From assembly GCA_029068555.1 (NCBI GenBank), contig JAIECJ010000147.1, positions 24,954-41,409 on the forward strand: DNA of 16,456 bases, read 5' to 3'. This DNA comes from Lachnospiraceae bacterium (GTDB lineage Bacteria; Bacillota; Clostridia; Lachnospirales; Lachnospiraceae). Positions 7,394 through 14,804 of the stretch are shown here, piece by piece (position 1 is the stretch's first letter; every line of letters starts with the position of its first letter). The position numbers and the translations under genes were made by a program. The notes beneath the pieces are model-generated. The model worked only from the letters and a program-made list of their open reading frames with translations, did not search any database and had not been told where the DNA came from.

Positions 7394-8086
7394 ATGGAAC
7401 GGTTACTGGCGGTAAATATTGTATGCTCGTATGGACGCAAAAAAGTACTTTCCGGTGTGAACATAGCAGCCGGGGCAGGGCAGTGCGTCGGCATTGTCGG
7501 GACAAACGGCTGCGGGAAATCCACGCTGTTAAATATTCTTGCAGGGTTAAAAAAACCGGACAGCGGGGAGATTTATTTTGATGGAAATCTGGCATCAGGG
7601 CGTCAGGGAAGACATTTTTTTATGCAGTATGCCGGATATGTGCCACAGGAGAGCAATCTAATACCGGAGCTTAGTGTGATGGACAATCTGCGGCTCTGGT
7701 ACCGCGATGCGGATTCATTGCGTCAGGGGCTTTGTCAGGGGCTTCTGCATGAGCTTGGCGTTGATGAAATGTGCAGGATGAAAGCCGGAAAGCTCTCAGG
7801 AGGCATGAAAAAACGTGTCAGTATAGGGTGCGCGCTGGCAGGAAATCCACCGATACTGATACTGGATGAGCCGGACGCCGCGCTTGATCTGCCGGGAAAG
7901 GCGGATATCAGGAGGTATCTTACAATGTACAAGCAGCTTGGAGGAACGATTCTTCTCGCTACGCATGATGAGATTGATTTGGATTTGTGTGACAGGATTT
8001 TCGTCCTGAACAGGGGAATAAGCAGGGAGGCAGACAAAACCCTGCGGGGGGAACAGCTATTAAAACAGATGAGAAATGAGGAGTAG
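7394..8086 (+). CDS. ABC transporter ATP-binding protein
   Basis: Walker A GTNGCGKST, Q-loop YVPQE, signature LSGGMKKR, Walker B ILILDEPDAALD and H-loop LATHD are all present. I prefer ATG 7394 (AAGGA 7 nt upstream) to the TTG at 7367 given in the ORF track. Confidence 0.9.
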   Translation: MERLLAVNIVCSYGRKKVLSGVNIAAGAGQCVGIVGTNGCGKSTLLNILAGLKKPDSGEIYFDGNLASGRQGRHFFMQYAGYVPQESNLIPELSVMDNLRLWYRDADSLRQGLCQGLLHELGVDEMCRMKAGKLSGGMKKRVSIGCALAGNPPILILDEPDAALDLPGKADIRRYLTMYKQLGGTILLATHDEIDLDLCDRIFVLNRGISREADKTLRGEQLLKQMRNEE

Positions 8087-8092
8087 AGAGAA

Positions 8093-10192
8093 GTGGAAGA
8101 TAACAACAAATTAGAGAACAATACAAACGGCTCAACGTATGGAAGCGCGCTCTATAGCGCGGATCCGCAGACGGAAGGGACAGAACCGTTGTCTGTCTAT
8201 GGTCAGCCACAGCAGGCAAAGGAAGCGGAGCCGGCATCCGTGCCCAGACAGCCACAGTCAGTGCAGGAAGCGGAGTCGGTGCCGACGCCTGAACAGCCGC
8301 AGGAACCGGCAGCATCTGTTTCACTTGAGAAACCGACAGAATCAGAACAGCTGCAGGCAGGGCAGTCATATCAGTCGATGGGAAGTCAGTCAGCGAGTGG
8401 CGCTCAGCAGGGGTTTTACGGTCAGCCGCTGCCTGGGAATCAGCAGGATCCAGGTGCATTCAATGCAAGCCAGCCGGTGTTTCCAAACCAGCCAGACGGA
8501 TATCAGCCAGATTACAACGGACAGCCGATGCGCGGGAATTCAGTAAATGGAAATCCGGTGAACGGGAATCAGCAGGGCGGATATCAGACAAATTACAACG
8601 GACAGCCGATGAATCCAGGCTATCCGATGAATGGATATCAGCCAAACTATAATGGCCAGCAGGTGCCGCCATATGCTCAGCCGAAGAAGCGAAAAACAGG
8701 GCTGGTAATTGGTATTGCCGCAGCCGCTGTAATTGTGGTGACAGCCGCTGCAGGCGTTCTGTTTTCAAAGTCTCTTTTTGGCGGTGGCGCGAAGCAGCAG
8801 CTTGCAAAGGGAATGATGAACATGTCAAAGGAAATGGCGGCATATTCAAGTTCCATATATCAGGATATTGATATTGCGGCGCTGCGGAAGCTTGCGGCTG
8901 AGAAACCAATGCACACCAATATTGATTTGTCATTTACCGATCCAAATACTTCAGGAAGCTTTGATAATGTGAGTGTCGAGATTGATGCCATATCAGATGC
9001 CAGAAACAAGCAGGGAAAGTATGATGTGAACGTTGGCACATATGGATTTGACATGGAGCTTGGAAGTATTGTTGCCGACAGCAATACGTTATATTTTAGC
9101 TCGCCGCTTATTTTTAAGGATGACGTGTACAGTCTTGACTTGACAAATCTGGGGAAAGATTTTAACAATTCGGCCTGGGCAGAATTGTTTGAGACCACTA
9201 TTCCGGAGGACAGTTCTTACACGCTTTTTGCAGATGAAAATGACAGTGCGGAAACAGGTGCGGCAGATGCGCTTGAGCTTGGTAAAATTATTGGGAAGTA
9301 CAGTAAGGGGACAAAAGACGCCTGCACATATGCAGTTATTAAAGAAAAAAGGGAGTTCCCATACGGTGGTGCTTTGACGGCGTTTGGCGGGGTACAGGCT
9401 ACTGTGGACAAGGATGCTGTCAATGCGTCTATGGAAAGTATAAAAAATGATATTCTTTCCAGCGAATTTTACGCAAATTATTTGGAACAGTATAAGACGG
9501 TGTACGGCAGTGAATTTGACGAGTATAAGAAGGAGTTTGACAATGCAATTGAACAGATTTTTGGATTAAGGTATGAACAAGATCCTGTGTTGAACTTTTA
9601 TCTTGACAAGAAAGGGCGTATTATCAATATTTCCACGCCAGAGGATATAGCGGTGTCAAGTAAATACGCAGATATTGAGTCCATTGCAGTTGACATTGAC
9701 TTTGGAGGTGATGAGCGTGCATTGGATGCCATCGAAGGCGGTATCTATATGCAGACGGGAGAGGAAATACTCTATCTTGGTGTTTCCCGAACTGCCTATG
9801 TCACGGAGGACTTTTATAGCGAGGATTTAACGATAAGGCTTCAGAGTGACAGCAGCAAGGATGACATTACCTTTTATTATGGGAATGACTGGGGGTACGC
9901 TGACAAGTCATATGACATGACAATATCAATTGAGGCATCTGGTGAGACAATAGCTCTGACCGCGGAGGGCAGTTTTGAAGATGTTGTAAAAGGTGAGGGA
10001 TACACTTTGCGGGTGAACAATGCTGCGCTGACCATGGATGACGAAGATTTGCTGCTTATGAGCGGCGTTATCTCGATGGAACCGGCGGGCAGCGATAAAA
10101 TCGCAGTGCCTGAAAATGCGATTGACATGCTGAAAATGAGCAGGCAGGATATTATGGGGGCAATTTACAATGCGGCCTATTCACTTCAATAA
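8093..10192 (+). CDS. Bitopic membrane protein of unknown function: about 200-aa P/Q/N/G/Y-rich repetitive N-terminus, one TM helix, about 475-aa extracytoplasmic domain
   Basis: GTG start at 8093 with GAGGAG 9 nt upstream, directly after the ABC ATPase stop. The low-complexity N-terminus ends in KKRK (positive-inside), followed by helix GLVIGIAAAAVIVVTAAAGVLF (about aa 203-225). The C-terminal domain has ordinary globular composition but no motif I can name. Confidence 0.8.
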   Translation: MEDNNKLENNTNGSTYGSALYSADPQTEGTEPLSVYGQPQQAKEAEPASVPRQPQSVQEAESVPTPEQPQEPAASVSLEKPTESEQLQAGQSYQSMGSQSASGAQQGFYGQPLPGNQQDPGAFNASQPVFPNQPDGYQPDYNGQPMRGNSVNGNPVNGNQQGGYQTNYNGQPMNPGYPMNGYQPNYNGQQVPPYAQPKKRKTGLVIGIAAAAVIVVTAAAGVLFSKSLFGGGAKQQLAKGMMNMSKEMAAYSSSIYQDIDIAALRKLAAEKPMHTNIDLSFTDPNTSGSFDNVSVEIDAISDARNKQGKYDVNVGTYGFDMELGSIVADSNTLYFSSPLIFKDDVYSLDLTNLGKDFNNSAWAELFETTIPEDSSYTLFADENDSAETGAADALELGKIIGKYSKGTKDACTYAVIKEKREFPYGGALTAFGGVQATVDKDAVNASMESIKNDILSSEFYANYLEQYKTVYGSEFDEYKKEFDNAIEQIFGLRYEQDPVLNFYLDKKGRIINISTPEDIAVSSKYADIESIAVDIDFGGDERALDAIEGGIYMQTGEEILYLGVSRTAYVTEDFYSEDLTIRLQSDSSKDDITFYYGNDWGYADKSYDMTISIEASGETIALTAEGSFEDVVKGEGYTLRVNNAALTMDDEDLLLMSGVISMEPAGSDKIAVPENAIDMLKMSRQDIMGAIYNAAYSLQ
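8204..8279 (+). repeat. Imperfect 45-nt (15-aa) coding tandem repeat QPQxxxEAExxxxPx
   Basis: CAGCCACAGCAGGCAAAGGAAGCGGAGCCGG (8204-8234) against CAGCCACAGTCAGTGCAGGAAGCGGAGTCGG (8249-8279) gives 24/31 identical. A third, degenerate QPQEP unit follows. Confidence 0.7.
8498..8665 (+). repeat. Coding repeats GYQ(P/T)(D/N)YNGQ(P/Q)(M/V), three copies
   Basis: GGATATCAGCCAGATTACAACGGACAGCCGATG (8498-8530) and GGATATCAGACAAATTACAACGGACAGCCGATG (8579-8611) are 31/33 identical and 81 nt apart. A third, more diverged copy lies at 8633-8665, 54 nt further on. Confidence 0.85.
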
Positions 10193-12338
10193 AAAATGTG
10201 AAAAAATGTCGAAAAATAAGATATGGTTACGAACAGAATATAAAAGGGCAGCACTGATGCTGCCCTTAATTTTAAGGAGGGCAATGATACTGGCAGCTGT
10301 GTGTCTTACAGTCAGCGGTATGATTGCTTTTTGCGCAGGTCTTATCCGGAATGCAAAGGGTAGGGAGCTCAATCTGCGTATCGGGTACACGGCGGCGGAT
10401 AACATGCTTACAGAGCTTGCGGTTTCCTATGTGCAGGACATGGAGTCGATTCAGAGTCTGTGCACGCTTGAGGCTGTTGGAGAGCAGGAGGGGAAAAAGC
10501 TTTTAGAAGAAGGTGCTCTGTCAGCATTGATTGTGCTTCCGGAGGATGTTGTGGATGAAATTCTTTCTGGAAGAAACGCACCGGCAAAGCTGTATCTTCC
10601 AGGGAGGGATGAGAATGCATTGTCGGGCGGTGGTCTTGAGGCTGTTAGCGGGATGCTGTTCGAGGAGCTTGCATCGGCAGGAATGGGGATGCTTCAAACC
10701 GCGCAGGCTGAGATCTATGCGTCGTCTTCTGTGTTGCAGGAGCTTATGGCGGGGAATGAAGATAGGGTAAATAGTGCTGTTATTGACAGTAGTTTTCTAC
10801 AGTCAATGTATGACGATATCAATAGATTTAACCTTGGCGTGGTTACATCAAGAGAGAAGCTGTTTCAGATAAAAAGCCTTTCCTTGACGGAAAATGACAC
10901 CTATGCGGTGTACTATGGCAGTGCTCTTTTTACAGTCTATGCGATGCTTGCAGGTCTTTTTTTCGGGGAATTTTGTAAGAGAAGTAATTTCTGGCAGAAT
11001 ATGACAGATAAACGGATAGGTATAGGGTATGCGGCACAGCTTGCGGACAGATGCCTTGCGGGTAGTCTGCTGATGTTTGTCGTGACAGCGCTTCCGATGG
11101 TACTGTTTGCTATACCACAGGTTCGGACACTGCTGTCATTGGAATGCACACTGGCAGGCGGTGTCAGCCTGATTCTGATATCGTTTTTTTTAATAGTCTA
11201 TAACATGATGATATATCAGATAGTGGAAAAAAGGGAGTCGGCAATTGTGGTGAGCGGAATACTGGTTTTGATTCAGGCGTATATGTCAGGCTGCCTGATT
11301 CCTTCGGTGCTTCTTCCGAAAGCAGTTGCAAAGGTAGGGGAGCTGCTTCCGGCTTCCTTTATGAAAAAGGGATTTACACTGCTTTTTACGGGTGGATCAG
11401 ATGCGCTTTCCTATATGGCAACGGGGCTTATAATATGGGGAATGGTTTTGTTTTTGCTGACAATTGTATGTATGTATACAGAGGAGCGGGATGGGGCAGC
11501 TGCAAGAATCAGGCGGAAGCGTTTTCCAGCGGGGAGACATGTGCCGTCAGTCGGCATGGTACTGTTCCGGCGTGTGCTGCGCAAGAAAAGTATCTGGCTG
11601 TTTGTCGGGGGATTTGCGGTATTGTCTGTGGGGATTGTGCGGGTGGAAAAGAACTCCGCGGTACAGATTGAGGCGGCTGTGTATGACGCGTCAGGTAATT
11701 ATCAGGAATTGTTAGAGTCATATGAAGGTCTCATACGTTTTACAATGTATGAAAACAGGGAACAGGTGATGGATGCAGTCCAAAGAGGCAGTGCCGAGTG
11801 CGGATATGTCCTGCCGCGAAACCTTGGAGAGAATATGGCATCGCGCCGCGCGAACCAGTCCATTACAGTATACCAGGATGAAGATGCTGTCGCGGTACCT
11901 GTCATAAGCGAGGTGATATTTGAACGGATTTTTCGTCAGGTATCCCTGGAATGGTATGCGGACTATGTTCTGCAGAATGATGTCATAAGGGAATACGGCA
12001 TTAGCCAGACAGCGTTGAAGAAGAAAGTGCAGGACTGCTTTGACAGGGAGCTCTCGGCAGGAACGACATTCCGGTTTGAGATAGAGCGGATGGGGATAGA
12101 TAACGCTTTCGGCAAAGAGGAAGGCAGGGATAAAGTCGTTTATCCTGTTTTTATGGCTTTTGTGATTGTGGCGGTACTGTGTGCGCTGCAAGGGTGTACA
12201 CAGGCAATGGCGGACACTAGGAACCACAGTTTTTACAAACGAAACAGAGCAGCGATGTCGGCGCTTACGATAGTGCTTCCTGTTCTGATTGGGGGGATTG
12301 GGATGTCTGTGGCTGTAGTGCTGTTATTCTTTTTATAA
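10170..12338 (+). CDS. ABC-2-type transporter permease, apparent fusion of a complete module and a truncated second module
   Basis: Module 1 is an N-terminal TM helix, then an extracytoplasmic domain of about 190 aa containing the ABC-2 hallmark ...ALIVLPEDVVDEILSGRNAPAKLY..., then about 5 TM helices. A basic linker (RIRRKRF..RRVLRKK) follows. Module 2 is a TM helix, then a domain of about 170 aa with the same hallmark ...GYVLPRNLGENMASRRANQSITVYQDED..., then only 2 TM helices. The start is ambiguous: ATG 10170 overlaps the upstream gene by 23 nt, and ATG 10206 is the alternative. Neither has a clear RBS. Confidence 0.7.
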   Translation: MRPIHFNKKCEKMSKNKIWLRTEYKRAALMLPLILRRAMILAAVCLTVSGMIAFCAGLIRNAKGRELNLRIGYTAADNMLTELAVSYVQDMESIQSLCTLEAVGEQEGKKLLEEGALSALIVLPEDVVDEILSGRNAPAKLYLPGRDENALSGGGLEAVSGMLFEELASAGMGMLQTAQAEIYASSSVLQELMAGNEDRVNSAVIDSSFLQSMYDDINRFNLGVVTSREKLFQIKSLSLTENDTYAVYYGSALFTVYAMLAGLFFGEFCKRSNFWQNMTDKRIGIGYAAQLADRCLAGSLLMFVVTALPMVLFAIPQVRTLLSLECTLAGGVSLILISFFLIVYNMMIYQIVEKRESAIVVSGILVLIQAYMSGCLIPSVLLPKAVAKVGELLPASFMKKGFTLLFTGGSDALSYMATGLIIWGMVLFLLTIVCMYTEERDGAAARIRRKRFPAGRHVPSVGMVLFRRVLRKKSIWLFVGGFAVLSVGIVRVEKNSAVQIEAAVYDASGNYQELLESYEGLIRFTMYENREQVMDAVQRGSAECGYVLPRNLGENMASRRANQSITVYQDEDAVAVPVISEVIFERIFRQVSLEWYADYVLQNDVIREYGISQTALKKKVQDCFDRELSAGTTFRFEIERMGIDNAFGKEEGRDKVVYPVFMAFVIVAVLCALQGCTQAMADTRNHSFYKRNRAAMSALTIVLPVLIGGIGMSVAVVLLFFL

Positions 12339-12345
12339 AACATAA

Positions 12346-12366
12346 TTCCTATTGACTTTATAGGAA
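12346..12366. promoter_or_regulatory. Inverted repeat overlapping the -35 box (candidate Rrf2 autoregulatory operator)
   Basis: TTCCTAT (12346-12352), a 7-nt spacer, then ATAGGAA (12360-12366). The spacer contains the -35 hexamer. Confidence 0.35.
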
Positions 12367-12380
12367 ATAAATGATATATA
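12352..12380 (+). promoter_or_regulatory. Strong candidate sigma-A promoter of the Rrf2-nifS-nifU operon
   Basis: TTGACT (12352-12357), a 17-nt spacer, then TATATA (12375-12380) preceded by TGA, giving an extended -10 TGnTATATA. It lies 50 nt upstream of the ATG at 12431. Confidence 0.6.
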
Positions 12381-12430
12381 TTATGTGTGAGGTGGAATAG
12401 AAAAAGGAAGCACAAATTAGGAGGCATTTT

Positions 12431-12865
12431 ATGACGATATCGACAAAAGGGCGTTATGCCTTGCGAATTATGATGGATCTTGCGAATCATATCGGAGAGA
12501 CAATAAAGCTGAAGGATATCGCTGCCAGACAGGATATCTCCGAAAAGTATATGGAGCAGATTATTGCCGTGCTGAATAAGGCGGGATATGTCAGAAGTAC
12601 CCGCGGCGCGCAGGGCGGATATCAGCTTGTAAAGCCGCCGGGGGAGTATACGGTCGGTATGATTCTCAGGCTGACGGAGGGATCCCTTGCACCGGTTGAG
12701 TGCCTTACAGAAAATGCACTTCCATGTGAGCGGCAGGGCAGATGTGCCACCATTGAGGTGTATAAGCGTATTTATGAGGCAATAAACAATGTAATAGATG
12801 CAACTACTGTACAGGACTTGATCGATATTGAGCGCGAGAAGTCAGCAGATCATTATGTGATATAA
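12431..12865 (+). CDS. Rrf2-family transcriptional regulator, IscR/CymR-like with a three-Cys cluster-ligand motif
   Basis: Rrf2 N-terminal wHTH MTISTKGRYALRIMMDLA...IAARQDISEKYMEQI...L.KAGYVRSTRGAQGGYQL. The Cys triad is VEC-x7-C-x5-C (APVECLTENALPCERQGRCAT). RBS AGGAGG is present. Confidence 0.9.
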   Translation: MTISTKGRYALRIMMDLANHIGETIKLKDIAARQDISEKYMEQIIAVLNKAGYVRSTRGAQGGYQLVKPPGEYTVGMILRLTEGSLAPVECLTENALPCERQGRCATIEVYKRIYEAINNVIDATTVQDLIDIEREKSADHYVI

Positions 12866-12953
12866 AAGAGCAGTAAAAGATTTTTATGTTTTTGTATCTA
12901 TAAACTATAGTAAGCATATAGGAAAAATAATTTTAATACAGGAGGAAAACGGG

Positions 12954-14135
12954 ATGATTTATCTGGACAATGCAGCGACAACAAAAGTTTCAGAAGATGT
13001 TTTTGCTGCGATGAAACCATATTTCTGTGAACAGTATGCGAATCCGTCCGCTATTTATACCTTTGCCGGAAAATCCATGAAGGCTGTCGAGGAGGCAAGG
13101 AAAAGCGCTGCAGAGCTGATTGGAGCGCAATCCAATGAGATTTACTTTACAGCTGGCGGAAGCGAGTCCGACAACTGGGCGGTAAAGGCGGCAGCAGAGG
13201 CAAATAAAACGAAGGGAAAGCACATTATTACTTCCGCCATAGAGCACCACGCTGTCCTGCACACCTGCCAGTATCTTGAGAAGCAGGGATATGAAGTCAC
13301 TTATGTCAATGTTGATGAATTTGGTATGGTAAAACTGGATGAGCTTGCGGCAGCAGTCAGGGAGGACACGGTTTTGATTACAATTATGGCTGCAAACAAT
13401 GAAATCGGTACCATACAGCCGCTCAAGGAGATCGGCGAAATAGCAAAGAAAAACGGCATTCTTTTTCATACAGATGCAGTGCAGGCATATGGACATATTC
13501 CACTGAATGTCGATGAGCTGGGGATTGATATGCTGAGTGCCAGCGGCCATAAGCTGTATGGTCCCAAGGGGATCGGATTTCTTTATATCAGAAAGGGTGT
13601 GCGGATTGGCGCTTATGTACATGGCGGCGCGCAGGAGCGTTCGCGTCGTGCGGGAACACTCAACACGCCTGCAATTGTAGGTATGGGAGCAGCAGCGCGC
13701 TTTGCTGCGGCGAACCTTGAGGAACGTATGAAAAAGGAGACAGAGCTCCGGGATTATCTGATTAAGAAGGTGATTCGTGAAATACCATACAGCCGCTTAA
13801 ATGGACATCCGGAAGAACGGCTTCCTGGGAATGCCAATTTCTGCTTTCGTTTTATAGAGGGTGAGTCCCTGCTGATATTGTTGGACCAGAAGGGAATCTG
13901 TGCGTCGTCGGGTTCGGCATGTACGTCCGGATCCCTTGACCCGTCGCATGTGCTTCTTGCAATCGGACTTCCACATGAGATTGCGCATGGCTCGTTAAGG
14001 CTCACACTCTCGGGGGAAACAACAAAGGAGGATATTGATTTTACGGTGGAGGAATTGAAAAAGATTGTGGAACGTCTGCGTTCCATGTCACCATTATATG
14101 AAGACTTTTGTAAAAATCAGGAGGTATCAGGATAG
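12954..14135 (+). CDS. nifS: Cysteine desulfurase (NifS/IscS class I, PLP-dependent)
   Basis: PLP-lysine motif SASGHKLYGPKGIGFLY, active-site loop SSGSACTSG, N-terminal YLDNAATT and HTDAVQA. RBS AGGAGG is present. Confidence 0.95.
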   Translation: MIYLDNAATTKVSEDVFAAMKPYFCEQYANPSAIYTFAGKSMKAVEEARKSAAELIGAQSNEIYFTAGGSESDNWAVKAAAEANKTKGKHIITSAIEHHAVLHTCQYLEKQGYEVTYVNVDEFGMVKLDELAAAVREDTVLITIMAANNEIGTIQPLKEIGEIAKKNGILFHTDAVQAYGHIPLNVDELGIDMLSASGHKLYGPKGIGFLYIRKGVRIGAYVHGGAQERSRRAGTLNTPAIVGMGAAARFAAANLEERMKKETELRDYLIKKVIREIPYSRLNGHPEERLPGNANFCFRFIEGESLLILLDQKGICASSGSACTSGSLDPSHVLLAIGLPHEIAHGSLRLTLSGETTKEDIDFTVEELKKIVERLRSMSPLYEDFCKNQEVSG

Positions 14136-14570
14136 ATGTACAGCGAAAAGGTTATGGATCATTTTAATAATCCGCGTAATGTAGGGGAGATAGAGAACCC
14201 CAGCGGGGTAGGGACAGTCGGAAATGCAAAGTGCGGCGATATCATGCGGATATATCTTGATATTGACGGCGATGGAGTAATAAGGGATGTAAAATTCAAG
14301 ACATTTGGCTGCGGAGCGGCAGTTGCGACAAGCAGTATGGCGACAGAGCTTGTGAAGGGGAAAAATGTTCAGCAGGCGCTCGAAGTGACGAACAAGGCGG
14401 TTATGGATGCGCTTGACGGACTTCCGGCTGTAAAAGTACATTGCTCCCTCCTTGCAGAGGAGGCGATCCATGCGGCGCTCTGGGATTATGCGGAGAAGAA
14501 CAATATTACAATCGAGGGACTTGAGAAACCAGTAGATGACATAGAAGAAAAGATAGAGGAAGAGTATTAA
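14136..14570 (+). CDS. nifU: Fe-S cluster assembly scaffold protein (NifU N-terminal / IscU type)
   Basis: Three scaffold cysteines in canonical contexts: GNAKCGD, FKTFGCGAAVATSS and VHCSLLAEEAI. The ATG immediately abuts the nifS stop (TAG 14133-14135). AGGAGG at 14119-14124. Confidence 0.95.
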   Translation: MYSEKVMDHFNNPRNVGEIENPSGVGTVGNAKCGDIMRIYLDIDGDGVIRDVKFKTFGCGAAVATSSMATELVKGKNVQQALEVTNKAVMDALDGLPAVKVHCSLLAEEAIHAALWDYAEKNNITIEGLEKPVDDIEEKIEEEY

Positions 14571-14579
14571 ATTTTATGG

Positions 14580-14619
14580 CAGGCAGGGGAAAAGATTAAT
14601 CTCCTGTCTGTTATTCTTT
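14580..14619 (+). terminator. Rho-independent terminator of the Rrf2-nifS-nifU operon
   Basis: An 11-bp stem CAGGCAGGGGA (14580-14590) / TCTCCTGTCTG (14600-14610) with two G-U pairs and 9-nt loop AAAGATTAA. It is followed by TTATTCTTT. Confidence 0.7.
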
Positions 14620-14655
14620 AGCAGCAAAATTGTAACAAAAATGGAACGAAAAAGA

Positions 14656-14684
14656 TTGTAAAAACCGACAGGCTGCACTATACT
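14656..14684 (+). promoter_or_regulatory. Candidate sigma-A promoter for the flavoprotein gene
   Basis: TTGTAA (14656-14661), a 17-nt spacer, then TATACT (14679-14684). It would give a leader of about 115 nt before the ATG at 14805. Confidence 0.4.
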
Positions 14685-14804
14685 ATTATATAAATGAGTC
14701 TGATGATTTGACACATAGAGTATATTCCGGATTTTTTTGCGCGAAAAATTATGAATAGGTACGAGAAAGTTCGGTAAATGCTGCACACACAAGGAGGGTA
14801 TTGA

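Noticed and set aside
8204-8665. Repeated DNA units that could superficially suggest a CRISPR or other non-coding repeat array.
   Set aside because: The repeats are in frame within a continuous ORF. They have periods that are multiples of 3 (45, 81 and 54 nt). They lack constant-length unique spacers and translate to a coherent low-complexity peptide.
7959-8933. Two long - strand ORFs (166 aa and 157 aa) and a + strand 135-aa alternate-frame ORF (8139-8546) overlapping the start of the 699-aa gene.
   Set aside because: They are generated by the stop-poor, G+C-rich repetitive P/Q-coding region. Their translations are Arg/Ser/Pro/Cys-rich low-complexity noise. The + frame at 8093 continues into a TM helix and a well-behaved globular domain.
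12990-13622. A 210-aa antisense ORF in nifS. Similar antisense ORFs lie in the permease (11718-12227), nifU (14127-14471) and the flavoprotein gene (14942-15622, 226 aa).
   Set aside because: All lie opposite genes with unambiguous catalytic motifs. None has a start context or a recognisable domain.
14732-14748. Near-palindrome T7-GCGCG-A5 in the leader of the flavoprotein gene, and tiny ORFs in the 14571-14804 spacer (for example the 8-codon ORF at 14751).
   Set aside because: The palindrome is imperfect. As RNA it would have a 2-nt loop, and it is mostly homopolymer. The mini-ORFs lack RBSs. There is no basis for a regulatory or peptide call.
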